A DNA stretch of 64,000 nt from the human T2T-CHM13v2.0 reference genome, Homo sapiens: the NCBI RefSeq assembly GCF_009914755.1, contig NC_060927.1. One strand, written 5' to 3'. Shown in pieces: positions 20,967 to 35,289 of the stretch. The notes beneath the pieces are model-generated. The model did not search any database, was not told where the DNA came from, and saw nothing but the letters and a program-made list of their open reading frames with translations. A program made the position numbers and the translations under genes. Within the stretch, counting starts at the first letter, position 1. Each line of letters begins with the position of its first letter.

Positions 20967-21516
20967 AACAATGGTTATTTTCCATATCTTTGGTAGAGAG
21001 GAGAGACAACATGCTTACATTTTAGTAGGTTGGGTTGGTAATTAGACCACAAAAACAATGAGTGAGTGAAATATATTGCCATGGAAATTAATTGAGTCAA
21101 CATTAAGTATTTTGAAACAATGAGTAGAAAAATCCTTTTGGAAATGATCTTATTGAGAGGGTGAAGGAAATACTACATGACCATTGTAGTCTTTGAGATT
21201 TTATGAATAAAATATAATTATGGCTTAAAGACATCTGATAAATACATATATTGATTATGAAAAGGCCTAATTTCAGATAATAATAAAACCCATGATACCC
21301 TCCACGATATCCTGCAAGTAGCAGGGTAGGTGATAGAAAACTGCTAGATATTACTGCTAACATTTTCACAGTAAATAGAAATTCAAAAACCAACTTCTCT
21401 TTTTGGACCTTTCAGAATAAACAAAATTAGGAAAACTAGTTGAAGCAAAAAGGGAAAAAAAAAAATCACATACTTGCCACCAATTAAAAAGGTGCTACTT
21501 TGTTAACAGTTGCTCA

Positions 21517-21589
21517 CTGTTTCAGGAGAAAATTTTTTACTTCTCAAATTCTGTTTCAGGAGAAAATTTTTTACTTCTCGAATTCTGTT
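21517..21589. repeat. 34-bp tandem duplication
   Basis: ctgtttcaggagaaaattttttacttctc(a/g)aatt x2 plus ctgtt. Confidence 0.95.
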
Positions 21590-21704
21590 GTCATGGCAAT
21601 AAAAACTGAGACCTATTTCTTCCCAGTTCTAAAACTCCCATATAGCAATGATTCACTCGAGTATGAGACAACCCTGTAAGAAAAAGCAATGGGTAGGAGG
21701 AAGT

Positions 21705-21895
21705 AACATCTGTTGAGCCCCTACTAGGTGCTAGGCACTTTGCAGCATCTCATTAACATTGGGAAATATATTCCGTTTAAAAGGAGGAAACTGAAGCTCA
21801 CAATGAAACTTGATCAAGAATACATAAGAAGTGAAGTTGGAATTCAAAAGTTCTGGAATTTAGAACTCATGCTTTACTCCCTTTATCACAGTTCT
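21705..21895 (-). mobile_element. MIR SINE
   Basis: 'gttgagcccctactaggtgctaggcact...gaggaaactgaagctc'. Confidence 0.6.
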
Positions 21896-22984
21896 TCTAG
21901 ACCAAAACAGTAGATTATGTAATTTTTAACCCCAGGCCCTCAGCAAGAATTTCAGATGTGTTTTTTCCTTACTCTTTTGAAAACTGAAAACAAAAATAAA
22001 CGAATCTTCAACCAAAAGGGCTTACCACTTTTCCTGGGTGCCTGCATATAGCAATTGCTGGTAATTATACCTATGTCTGAAATAATGTATTACAATATTG
22101 TTCTAATTAGAATATTGATATATATTTGAAATACATAAGGGAAGAATGTATAAAGTGATGGGAGTTGAACTGACTAAGCAAGCATACCAAAATAACTACT
22201 GATTAAGGATACTTCATGCAGTCTCAAAATTTAACTACTTTAAGATGATTTTTAAAATCGTGTCCTATCTGGACAGCTAAGGATCACATCTTCTGCTGTG
22301 CAGGTAACATTCAAGTATCTACATTAAGAGTTTATGTACATGTTTTTTTATTCATTCCTTCTTTGTTTTTTGTTGTTGTTGATGTTTGCTTTGTTTTGGT
22401 TTGGGTTTTGGGGTTTTGAATTTTTTTTCCTAAATGAATACAGATATAGAGGCACCTGTGGAATAAAGACAAGAGGAAATTGGGGACAATGATCAGGATG
22501 CTGTGCCATTTCTCTCCATGTCTATACTGGAGAATGGGTTCAAATTCTTCCGAGAGCAGTATTAGGGCAAAAGGCTAAAGGAAGTATATTCATGACAGGA
22601 GGCTCTGAACACAACATAGCTACTTTTTTGTCCAAGTGATCATGTGCAATACAGAATCACAGAGATTATTTTTCCTTTCCTCTAACACTACTGTGAACAT
22701 ACTTTTGGCCTACAGTAGGTAGAGAACAGAATACCCATATGAGTAGCACCCTCAAAAAAAGCTGTTGGGAGAAATGCTTCTCCCTGGTGGCTTGCAGTTA
22801 GGAGGCTTACACAAGAGTGAAAGAACACAGAAGTTTTCATGAGCACATGTGAAACACCAGAATCATAGAGCTTCTATGAAACAACTGGAAAACATTTTTG
22901 AGAGGAGGATGAAGTCCTGCAAGACCAGGAAGAGATAAGAGGCAAAATGGGCATAAATGACCATGGCCACAGTACTACTCACAT

Positions 22985-23770
22985 AATTTGTAATTATTTA
23001 TTCCCATTCTGTGTGTTGTCTTTTCACTTAATACTGTCCCTTCATGCACAAATATTTTTAGTTTTGATGTAGTCCAAATTATCTATTATTTCTTTTGTTG
23101 CCTGTGCTTTTGGTGTCATATTTAAGAAAGCATTCCTTAATCCAAGGCCATGAAGATTTAGACCTCTTATCCCTTCTAAAAATTTTATAGTTTTAGCTTT
23201 TATATTTAGTTTTTGATCAATTTTGAGCTAATTTTTGTATATAGTGTGAGGTAGGGGTCCAACTTCATTATTTAACATTTGGATATATAGTTGTCCAAGC
23301 ACCATTTGTTGAAAAGACTATTCTTTTCCCATTGAATAATTGGGCATCCTTCTCAAAAATAAATTGACCATATATATGAGCATATATATAATTTCTGGAC
23401 TTCTCAATTATATTCCATTGATCTATATGTCCATCATCATGCCAGAGATACATTGTCTTGATTCCTTTAGCTTTATAGTAAGTTTTGGAATCAGTAAGTG
23501 TGAGTCTTCCCACTTCATTTTTCTTTTTCAAGATTGTTTTGGCTACTCTGGGCCTTCATGATATCCATATGAATTTGAGAATCAGCTTGTCAATTTCTGC
23601 CCAACGAAAACAAAACAGCTGGAATTTTGACAGGGATTGTGCTGAATCTCTAGGTTAATTTGGATTGTCATATTAAAAATATTAAGTCTTTTGATCCACA
23701 AACATGGAATGTCTTTCTACTTATTTAGGTATTCTTTAATTTCTTCAGGAAATACAAGTCTTGCACAGGA
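22985..23770 (-). mobile_element. Old L1M ORF2 fragment
   Basis: ORF 23268-23531 'LTLTDSKTYYKA...HIDQWN'. Confidence 0.85.
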
Positions 23771-24152
23771 ATAAAAAATAAGAGACTCTAGGAGAATATT
23801 CCAAGAAAAGAAAAGTTGCCTAAAAACTTTCAAATTTCCATAAGGTCTGGCTATATTTAGCACGTCTTCCGTGAGATTTCTTTGTTTCCGTACAGTAAGT
23901 TCACTATATTTAATTTAGCTTGAGTGGGTTTCTCTTCCTTGCAAGCAAATGATCCTGAGCTAAGGCATTATCTATCAAGATTAACAAATAAGCCTTTTTA
24001 AAAATCAGAAACTGTCCCCAAATCAGAGCAGTACTAAACAGCAAAGTTGAGATTTGAACTCAGATCCAGCTAACTACAATATCCATATTTTTCCCACTAC
24101 CATCTTTTATGACTCCTTTAATTGCTTGCCAATGTATCTTTAAGAGTTAGGT

Positions 24153-25703
24153 TGTGTCCAGAATTGGTGGGTTCTTGGTCTCACTGACTTCAAGAATGAA
24201 GCCGCGGACCCTCGCGGTGAGTGTTACAGTTCTTAAAGATGATGTGTCCGGAGTTTGCTCCTTCTGATGTTCGGACGTGTTCAGACTTTCTTCCTTCTGG
24301 TGGGTTTGTGGTCTCGCTGGCTTCAGGAGTGAAGCCGCATACCTTCGTGGTAAGTGTTACAGCTCTTAAGGCAGTGCGTCTGGAGTTGTTCATTCCTCCC
24401 GGTTGGTTCGTGGTCTTGCTGGCCTCAGGAATGAGGCTGCAGACCTTTGCGGTGAGTGTTACAGCTCATAAAGGCAGTGCAGACCCAAAGAGTGAGCAGC
24501 AGCAAGATTTATTGCAAAGAGCAAAAGAACAAAGCTTCCACAGTGTGGAAGGGGACCCGAGCAGGTTGCCACTGCTGGCAGGGGCAGCCTGCTTTTATTC
24601 CCTAGTCTGGCCCCACCCACATCCTGCTGATTGGTCTATTTTACAGAGAGCTGATTGGTCCGTTTTGACCGGGTGCTGATTGGTGCATTTACAATCCCTG
24701 AGCTAGACACAAAAGTTCTGTTAAGTCCCCACTAGATTAGCTAGACACAGAGCACTGATTGGTGCATTTACAAACCTTGAGCTAGACACAGCACTGATTG
24801 GTGCACTTACAAACCTTGAGCTAGACAGAGTGGTGATTGGTGTGTTTATAAACCTTGAGCTAGACACAGAGTGCTGATTGGTGTATTTACAATCCTTTAG
24901 CTAGACATAAAGGTTCTCCAAGTCCCCACCAGATTAGCTAGATACAGAGTGCTGATTGGTGCATTCACAAACCTTGAGCTAGACACAGGGTGCTGATTGG
25001 TGGATTTACAATCCTCCAGCTAGACATAAAAGTTCTCCAAGTCCCCACCTGACTCAGGAGCCCAGCCGGCTTTGCCTAGTGGATCCCGCGCCAGGGCCAC
25101 AGGCAGAGCTGCCTGCCAGTCCTGGGCCGCGCATCTGCACTCCTCAGCCCTTGGGCGATCGATGGGGACTGGATGCCATGGTGCCATGGAGCAGGTGGTG
25201 GCGCCCATCGGGGAGGCTCAGGCCGCATGGGAGCCCACCGTGGGGGGGCTCGGGCATGGTGGGCTGCAGGTCCCGATCCCTGCCCTGCGGGAAGGCAGCT
25301 GAGGCCCGGTGAAAATTCTAGTGCAGTGCCGGTGGGCCGGCAGTGCTGGGGGCCCGGCGCACGCTCTGCAGTTGCTGGCCCAGGTGCTAAGCCCCTCACT
25401 GCCCAGGGCCGGGAGCACCGGCCGGCTGCTCCAAGTGTGGGGCCACTGAGCCCACACCCACCCGGAACTCGCGCTGGCCTGTGAGCACCGCACACAGCCC
25501 CGGTTTCCACCCACGCCTCTCCCTCCACACCTCCCACAAGCAGAGGGAGCTGGCTCCCGCCTCAGCCAGTCCGGAGAGGGGCTCCCACAGTGCAGCGGTA
25601 GGCTGAAGGGCTCCTCAATCATGGCCAGAGTGGGCACCAAGGCCAAGGAGGCGCCAAGAGTGAGCGAGGGACGCGAGGGCTGCCAGCACGCTGTCACCTC
25701 TCA
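24153..25703 (-). mobile_element. LTR12C (ERV9) solo LTR
   Basis: Minus strand starts tgagaggtgacagcgtgctggc and ends ...aattctggacaca; TG..CA termini; 4-bp TSD aggt (24149-24152, 25704-25707); GC-rich U3 and tandem enhancer repeats. Confidence 0.95.
24590..25005 (-). promoter_or_regulatory. LTR12C promoter/enhancer array of CCAAT (NF-Y) boxes with TATA-like AATAAAAG
   Basis: Nine 'tgattgg' (CCAATCA on minus) copies in ~40-bp repeats; 'cttttattc' near 24592-24600. Confidence 0.75.
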
Positions 25704-26310
25704 AGGTCATCTAAATATATATGGACCCAACACTGGAGCACCCCGATTCATAAAACAAGCTCTTAGAGACCTGCAAATAGACTTAGATAACCACACAGTA
25801 ATAGTGGGAGATTTCAACACCACACTGACCATATTAGGCAGATTATCAAGGTAGAAAGCTAACAAAGATATTTGGAACCTAAACTTGACAATTGACCAAA
25901 TGGACCTAACAGACATCTACAGAACACTCTACCCAACAACAACAGAATATACATTCTCATCTGCATATGGCACATACTCTAAAACTGATGACATATTTGA
26001 CCATAAAACACTTCTCAACAAATTTAAAAAAATAGAAATAACACCAACTACATTCATGGACCACAGTGCAATAAAAAAAGAAATTAATACCAAAAGGTCT
26101 CTCAACCCCATATGATTACGTGGAAATTAAACAATCTGCTCCTGAATGACTTTTGGGTAAACAATAAAATTAATGCAGAAATCAACAAATTCTTTGAAAA
26201 TAATGACAGTACAGATACAACATAGTGGAATCTCTGGGACACAGTTAAAGCAGTGTTAAGAGGAACGTTTATAGTGTTAAACACCCACATCAAAAAGTTA
26301 GAAAGATCTG

Positions 26311-26637
<327 letters not shown>

Positions 26638-27530
26638 TTAACCTAACATCAGACCTAGAGGAACTAGAAAAACAAGAGCAAACCAATACCAATGCTGGCA
26701 AAAGAAAAGAAATAACCAAAATCCAAGGTGAAACGAATGAAATGGAGATGCAAAAAACCATACAAAGGATCAACAAAACCAAAAGATGGTTCTTCAAAAG
26801 AATAAGTAAGATAGATATACCACTAGCTAGACAAATAAAGAGAAAAGAGAATCCAAATAGACACAATCAGAAATGACAAAGGGGACATTACCACAGACCT
26901 CACACAAATATAAAAATTCCTCAGGAACTACTTTGAACACCTCTGCACACAAACTAGGAAACCTAGAAGAAACAGATAAATTCCTGGCAATATACAACTT
27001 CCCAGGATCAAACCAGAAAGAAATTGAAACCTTGAAGACACCAATAATTAGTTCTAAAATTAAATCAATAATAAAAAACCTACCAAGCAGAAAAAATGCT
27101 GGACCAGATATAATCACCGCTAAATTCCACCAGAAGTAAAAGAAGATCTGGTACCAATCCTACTGAAACTATTCCAAAAAAACAAAGAGAAGGACTCCTA
27201 CCTAACTCATTCTATGAAGTTAGCATCATTCTTATACCAAACCTAGCAGAGACACAACAGCAAACAAAAACATTCAAGCCAATATCCCTCATAAACGTAG
27301 ATGCAAAAATCCTCAGCAAAATACTAGCAAACCAAATCAAGCATCACATCAAAAAGCTAATCCCACTGTAATCAAGTAGGCTTTATTCCTGGGATGCAAG
27401 ATTGGTTCAACATACACAAATCAATAAATGTGATTCATCACATAAACAGAACTAAAAACAAAACCCAAATGATCATCTCAATAGATGCACAAAAAGCTTT
27501 TTATAAAATTCAATTATCTCTTCATGTTAA

Positions 27531-29231
<1,701 letters not shown>

Positions 29232-30024
29232 AAAAACCCTCAACAAACCAAGCATCAAAGGAATATACCTCAAAATAAGAGCCATCTATGACAAACCCAC
29301 AACCAACATCATACTGAATGGGCAAAAGCTGGAAGAATTCCCCCTTAGAACTGGAACAAGACAAGAATGCCTACTCTCAACTCTCCTATTCAACATAGCA
29401 CTGGAAGTCCTAGCCAGAGCAATCAAGCAAGAAAAAGAAATAAAAGGCAGCCACATAGAAAGGAGAGGAAGTCAAACTATCTCTTTTTACAATGATGTGA
29501 TTCTATACCTAGAAAACCCCATAGTCTCTGTCCAAAGGCTCCTGGATTTTATAAATAACTTTAGCAAAGTTTGAGGATACAAAATCAATGTACAAAAATC
29601 AGTAGCATTTCTATACACCAATAGCGTCCAAGCAGAGAGCCAAATCAAGAATGCAATCTCATTCACGAGAGAATAAAATACCTAGGAAGGCAGCTAACCA
29701 GTGAGATGAAAGATCTCTACAACAACAATTACAAAACACAGCTGAAAGAAATCAGCAATGGCACAAACCAATGACAAAACATTCTGTGCTCATGACTAGA
29801 AAACATCGATATTATTAATATGGCCATACAGCCCAGAGCAATTTACAGATTTAATACTATTCCTATCAAACTAAGGCATTTTTCATAAAATTAGAAAAAA
29901 CTATTCTAAAATTCATATGGAACCAAAAAAGAGACTGAATAGCCAAAGTCATGTCAAAGAAAAAGAACAAACCCAGAGGCATCATACTACCTGATGTCAA
30001 GTACTATACTACAAGGATACATTA

Positions 30025-30126
30025 ACCAAAACAGCATGGTACTGGTACAAAAACAGAGACCATGACCAATGGTACACCAATACAGCATGGTACTGGTACA
30101 AAAACAGAGACCATTACCAATGGGAC
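30025..30126. repeat. 51-bp tandem duplication within old L1 ORF2
   Basis: accaa(a/t)acagcatggtactggtacaaaaacagagaccat(g/t)accaatgg x2. Confidence 0.92.
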
Positions 30127-30807
30127 AGGTTAGAGAACCCATAAATAAAGCCACATACCTACAACTGTCTAATCTTTGACAAAGTCGACAACAAGCAATG
30201 GGGAAAGGACTCCCTGTCCAACAAATGGTGCAGGGATAACTGATTAGCCATATGCAGAAGATTGAAGCTGGATGCATTCCTTTCACCATTTACAAAAATC
30301 AGCTCAAGATGGATTAAAGATTTATGTGTAAAACCTAAAACTATAAAAACCCTAGAAGAAAATCTAGGAAATACCATTCTGGACATAGGCCCTGGCAAAG
30401 ATTTCATGATGAAGACTCCAAAAGCAATTGCAACAAAAAGAAAAATTGAAAAATGGGACCTAACAAAACTAAAGAGCTTCTGCAAAGCAAACAAAACTAT
30501 CAACAGAGCAAACTGACTACCTAAATAATGGGAGAAAATATTCACAAACTATGCATCCTACAATGGTCTAATATCCAGAATCTATAGGGAATTTAAACAA
30601 ATCAACAAGCAAAAAACAAATAACCCCATTTAAAAATGGGCAAAGGACAGAACAGAAGTGAACGGACATTTCTCAAAAGAAGACATACAAGTGGCCAACA
30701 CGCACATGAAAAAATGTTTCACATCACTAATCATTAAAGAAATGCAAATCAAAACCACAATGAGACACCATCTCACACCACTCAGAATGACTATTATTAA
30801 AAAGTTA

Positions 30808-31106
<299 letters not shown>

Positions 31107-32869
31107 AAAAAGTTAAAAAATAACAGATGTTGGTGAAATTGCAGAGAAAAAGGAATGCTTATACTCTGTTGATGGGAATGTAAGTCAGTTCAGCCACTGT
31201 GGAAAGCAGTTTGGAGATTTCTCAAAGAGCTTAAAGAGAACTACCATTCAACCCAGCAATCCCATTACTGTGTATATACCCAAAGGAATATAAATCATTC
31301 TTTCATAGAGATACGTGTACATGTGTGTTCATTGCAGCACTATTCACAATAGTAAAGACAGGAATCAACCTAGATGCCCATCAATGGTGGGCTGGATAAA
31401 CAAAATGTGATGCATATATACCATGGAATACTATGCAGCCATAAAAAAGAATGAAGTCATGTCCTTTGCAGCAATATGGATGCAGCTAGAAGTCATTACT
31501 CTAAGCAAATTAATTCAGGAACAGAACATCAAATACCGCATGTTCTCTTCTGCAAGTGGGAGCTAAACAGTGAATACATAGGGACACAAAACAGGGAACA
31601 AAAGACACCAGGGCCTACCTAAGAGTGGAGGGTATGAGAAGGGTAAGGATCAAAAGACTACCTATCGGGTACTACGCTCACTACCTGGGTAATGAAATAA
31701 TTTGTACACCAAACCCCAGCAACATGCAATTTACCCATTTAACAAACCTGCACATGTACCACCTTGAACCTAAAATAAAAGTTGGAAGGAAATAAAAAAG
31801 GGTTAGGTTAAATTGCAGCCCTACTAAGTAAGTAATTATTTATCTATCAAATTGCACATCTGCCTCCATAGGCAATTTTTCTTAAATCATATTTATAATT
31901 TTACATATGACTCTCTAAACTGCTTAGCTGAAACCCCTAGAAGAATTTCCCTTTTATAATTTTTCTATGCTTAGTAATGGAAGCTTTGATTCTTTATACT
32001 CTGAGGATTATGGGAAACATTTTTTCTTTATTCTTGAATATGCTTCTATTAATATATTCTGGCATCATACTGGCTTTTAATAATACTACAATTCTATGAT
32101 CCCTCTCATTTTACTCCAAAAAAATTATGGACATTTGCAAACCACAGCTTTGTACCAATCAATATGACAGTGTGCAAAAAAGTAAAGACTATCCATACAA
32201 TTTCAGCCGACAGATTTTCTTCTCTTATTTCTTAATAACAGTGGGAAGTCTTCTGCAAGAACAAGTAACACTGAAGAGACAAAGCCCAGAGAGGAGGGGC
32301 AGAAGCCTGAGATGGTGTATTTTTAGTCATTTTGATTAAATTATGGAGATGTGAAGTTGATAATTTATTGAAGGGGAACAGGGAAGTCTATGTAAATGTT
32401 TGCAGATGAATAATTAATGTGACTTTCCTACATAACTAGGCCTTTAATTAAAGCCACTGTGAAACAAAGAAAGAACCAAAGAGCACAATTATTATAGCAG
32501 CTAATTGTAACTTTCTTATCCTAAGTACTATTTGAAAGTCCATGCTTAATTTGCATCTTTAAAGGAAGATAGCTCAGACCTAGGGTGACAGTTGCTTTTT
32601 ATCCCAGTTTAACTAATTCCCCACAAATCAAAAAATCTATTAATATATTAATGAATTTCCTCCTACTAAAATTTTACCCAAAAAGTTTCAGGGTTTATTT
32701 ATTGTTTTTTTTTCAATGTATTAATTTTCATTTTAGGGAAATATATTGGTACCTCTCAGTAACTTAGAAAGTAAAATGAATACTCAATGTTTTTAAATAC
32801 TAATTGTGTAATGTGTTGTTTCACATGTTATTTACAACAGCTGATTGAGCATTTGACTGTCTAGTGAGT

Positions 32870-33120
32870 ATTTTTCATGTCTTTCATATTTTATTCTTTA
32901 CTATCTCCTTCTTACTTTTCATCCTCATAGTCCCATTTTTCGTCTGTTTCTCTTTTGCTCATTTTTATTCTCCTATTTCTGTCTTTCACTTCTATTTTTG
33001 TCTCTATCTTTCCATCTGCCTTGCTTCTCCTCATAATCTTATCCTTTACTTCTTTTCCCTCTACTTTTTATTGCTTCTTGTTCCAGATATCCTTTTTCCC
33101 ATTCTATTTCTTTGTGCTCT
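32870..33120. repeat. Pyrimidine-rich low-complexity tract
   Basis: ~250 bp dominated by T/C; explains the F/L/S-rich spurious ORFs. Confidence 0.6.
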
Positions 33121-33329
33121 ACTCGATCATTGTCATAACCATAATACCTAGGTGAATACTGAATCCACAAGGGCAGCGTGGGTCCCTACCAGTTCCAAAG
33201 GTGACACTCCTTTGGTACAGTATTTTATATACACTAAGTATGGACTAAATATATATAAAGAACTGTCCCATGTCCTACAGTTCTTTTAAAAAGCATTTCT
33301 TTTCTAACATATGCTGGATTTGTATTTAG

Positions 33330-33470
33330 AAATTCTAGTCCTGGTTTTCAACACTTACAAATTGTATGCCCTTTGGCACATTACTTTACCACAGGGAGCC
33401 TCAATTTCCTTACTTATAAAATGAGAGTTGTTTTGGATTTCTAAAGACCCTTTCAGTTTTATGATGCTGT
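33330..33470 (+). mobile_element. MIR (MIR3/MIRc-like)
   Basis: 'gcctcaatttccttacttataaaatgag...tctaaagaccctttcag'. Confidence 0.6.
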
Positions 33471-34837
33471 TACTTACTCACACCTCCTTGTGAATGGTAG
33501 GTAGGAAGATTTAAATCTTATTCCTTACATGGGTATTTGCTTGTCCAAATAAATCTATGTCTGGTGGAAATTTATGAAATATATTTAGGGACAAGAAACC
33601 TCCTTTGGTACAAGAAACACTTCTTGGCCTGTGAAGCCAAGGTAAGCACTGAGAATGACGAATAGAGAAAAAAGGGAATTTGAGGCACAGTACCCAGACA
33701 ACCTGAAATTTAGGAAACTCCAATGTGAGAAATTATAAAGCCTGACCTTCTAATCCCTCCTACATTCATGGTCCTGAGATCCTCAGATAGAGAAACTTCC
33801 TACTTCATTCAGTTTGCCTATAGTTAGCTCCAACCCTGAAATCTGACTATGTAAACTCCTCCCACTTGTAATTATTTATATTCACTTTCTTTATTCAGAC
33901 CTCCTGTTAATTGAAATTTAATGGCTTACCAAAAAGTAAAATCAATACAATAAGTTATAAAATTTAATAGGTAAGAAAAAATGGCAACATAAAAGTAAGA
34001 TAAAATGTGAGCTTAGGACATATACTTCATGCCATAATATCCTCCACACTTAACTACAGATTGGCCAGAAATCTGGCTCTGAGCTTCCTGGCAGGCAATG
34101 CAAAGAGGAATATGATCAGTTATAAGATACAGAGTCTCCAAAAGGTAAACAAAACAATAGTTTATAAGCAGCAGAACTATTACAGGTTCTAAGAACAGAG
34201 AAAAATCTTCCATGAGTATTCATACAGAAAATAATATATAATGAATTAAATCCTATCCTCAATAACATCCTTACAATCAATACAATAACATGTTTTATGG
34301 GTTACGTTTATACTATTCTTCCACAGATAAATTATGACAAAGTTCAATATTTATCTTTAAATTTCATAAAGTTCAATAGCAATCATACTCATCACTTAGT
34401 ATGTCAGATTAATGTCACTGTAAGTTTCATTGGGTGCAATATAAAATTCAGTTTGTATTTAGTGTTTAGTGTTTGTATGTTCAAACATTTATAACAACAA
34501 AAAATTAAACTTTACTGAAATCTTAAGGGAAGAATCTACGAGGTATGATAAACTTCCTCTGAAAACATCAACTTAGCATGCTTCTATGACCAAATCTACA
34601 TAAAAGTAGGGTTTTCAAATATAAAACAAACAAAAAATGTTATTTTGTCTCAAGGGAGTATAAAAAGAAAAATATCAGTAAAGATTATACAGACTTAAAA
34701 TCAATTGTCAGGGTTATGTTTTAGGACAAAACTGTAATGAAGAAGGCTAAATTGACCAGTTAAATTCAAGTATAGCACCATAAGCTGTGGGTTCTTTCAC
34801 TGATTGCCCCAGATAATTACCTTCATAGACTAATTCC

Positions 34838-35139
34838 TTTTTTTTCTTTTTCTTTTTCTTTTTTCTTTTTTTTTTTTTTTTGGTGTGGGGGACAGCATCT
34901 CAATCCTGTTGCCCAGGGTGGAGTGCAGTGGCATGATCTTGCTGCGGCCTCGACTTCGTGGGCTCAGCCCACCTCAGCCTCACGAGGAGCTGGGACTACA
35001 GGAACAAGCCACCATGCCCAGCTATTTTAATGCATTTTTAGTAGCAATAGGGTTTTGCCATGTTACCCAGGGCTCAGGTAATCCTCCCGCCTCGGCCTCC
35101 CAGAGTGCTGGGATTGCAAGCATGGGCCACTGCACCTGG
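34838..35139 (-). mobile_element. AluJ, with small internal deletions
   Basis: 'gcggcctcgacttc..gggctca' J-type diagnostics; (T5C)n tail. Confidence 0.85.
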
Positions 35140-35243
35140 TAAGACTATTTCTATGTAGTAGTTTATTCCCACCTCCTTTCCTATCCCTCCTGGGAATAAC
35201 TGACCTAATTGATCTATAGAACAAACACTCTTACCACAAAGAT

Positions 35244-35287
<44 letters not shown>

Positions 35288-35289
35288 CA
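35244..35289. repeat. (CA)n microsatellite
   Basis: About 23 CA units with one interruption. Confidence 0.95.

Noticed and set aside
24620-25030. CRISPR-like repeat array
   Set aside because: These are the normal ~40-bp tandem enhancer repeats of LTR12C; there are no unique spacers and the context is eukaryotic
24221-25697. Overlapping 60-160-aa ORFs
   Set aside because: By-product of GC-rich LTR12C sequence; no recognisable domains
32864-33155. Hydrophobic ORFs as membrane micropeptides
   Set aside because: Explained by T/C low-complexity composition
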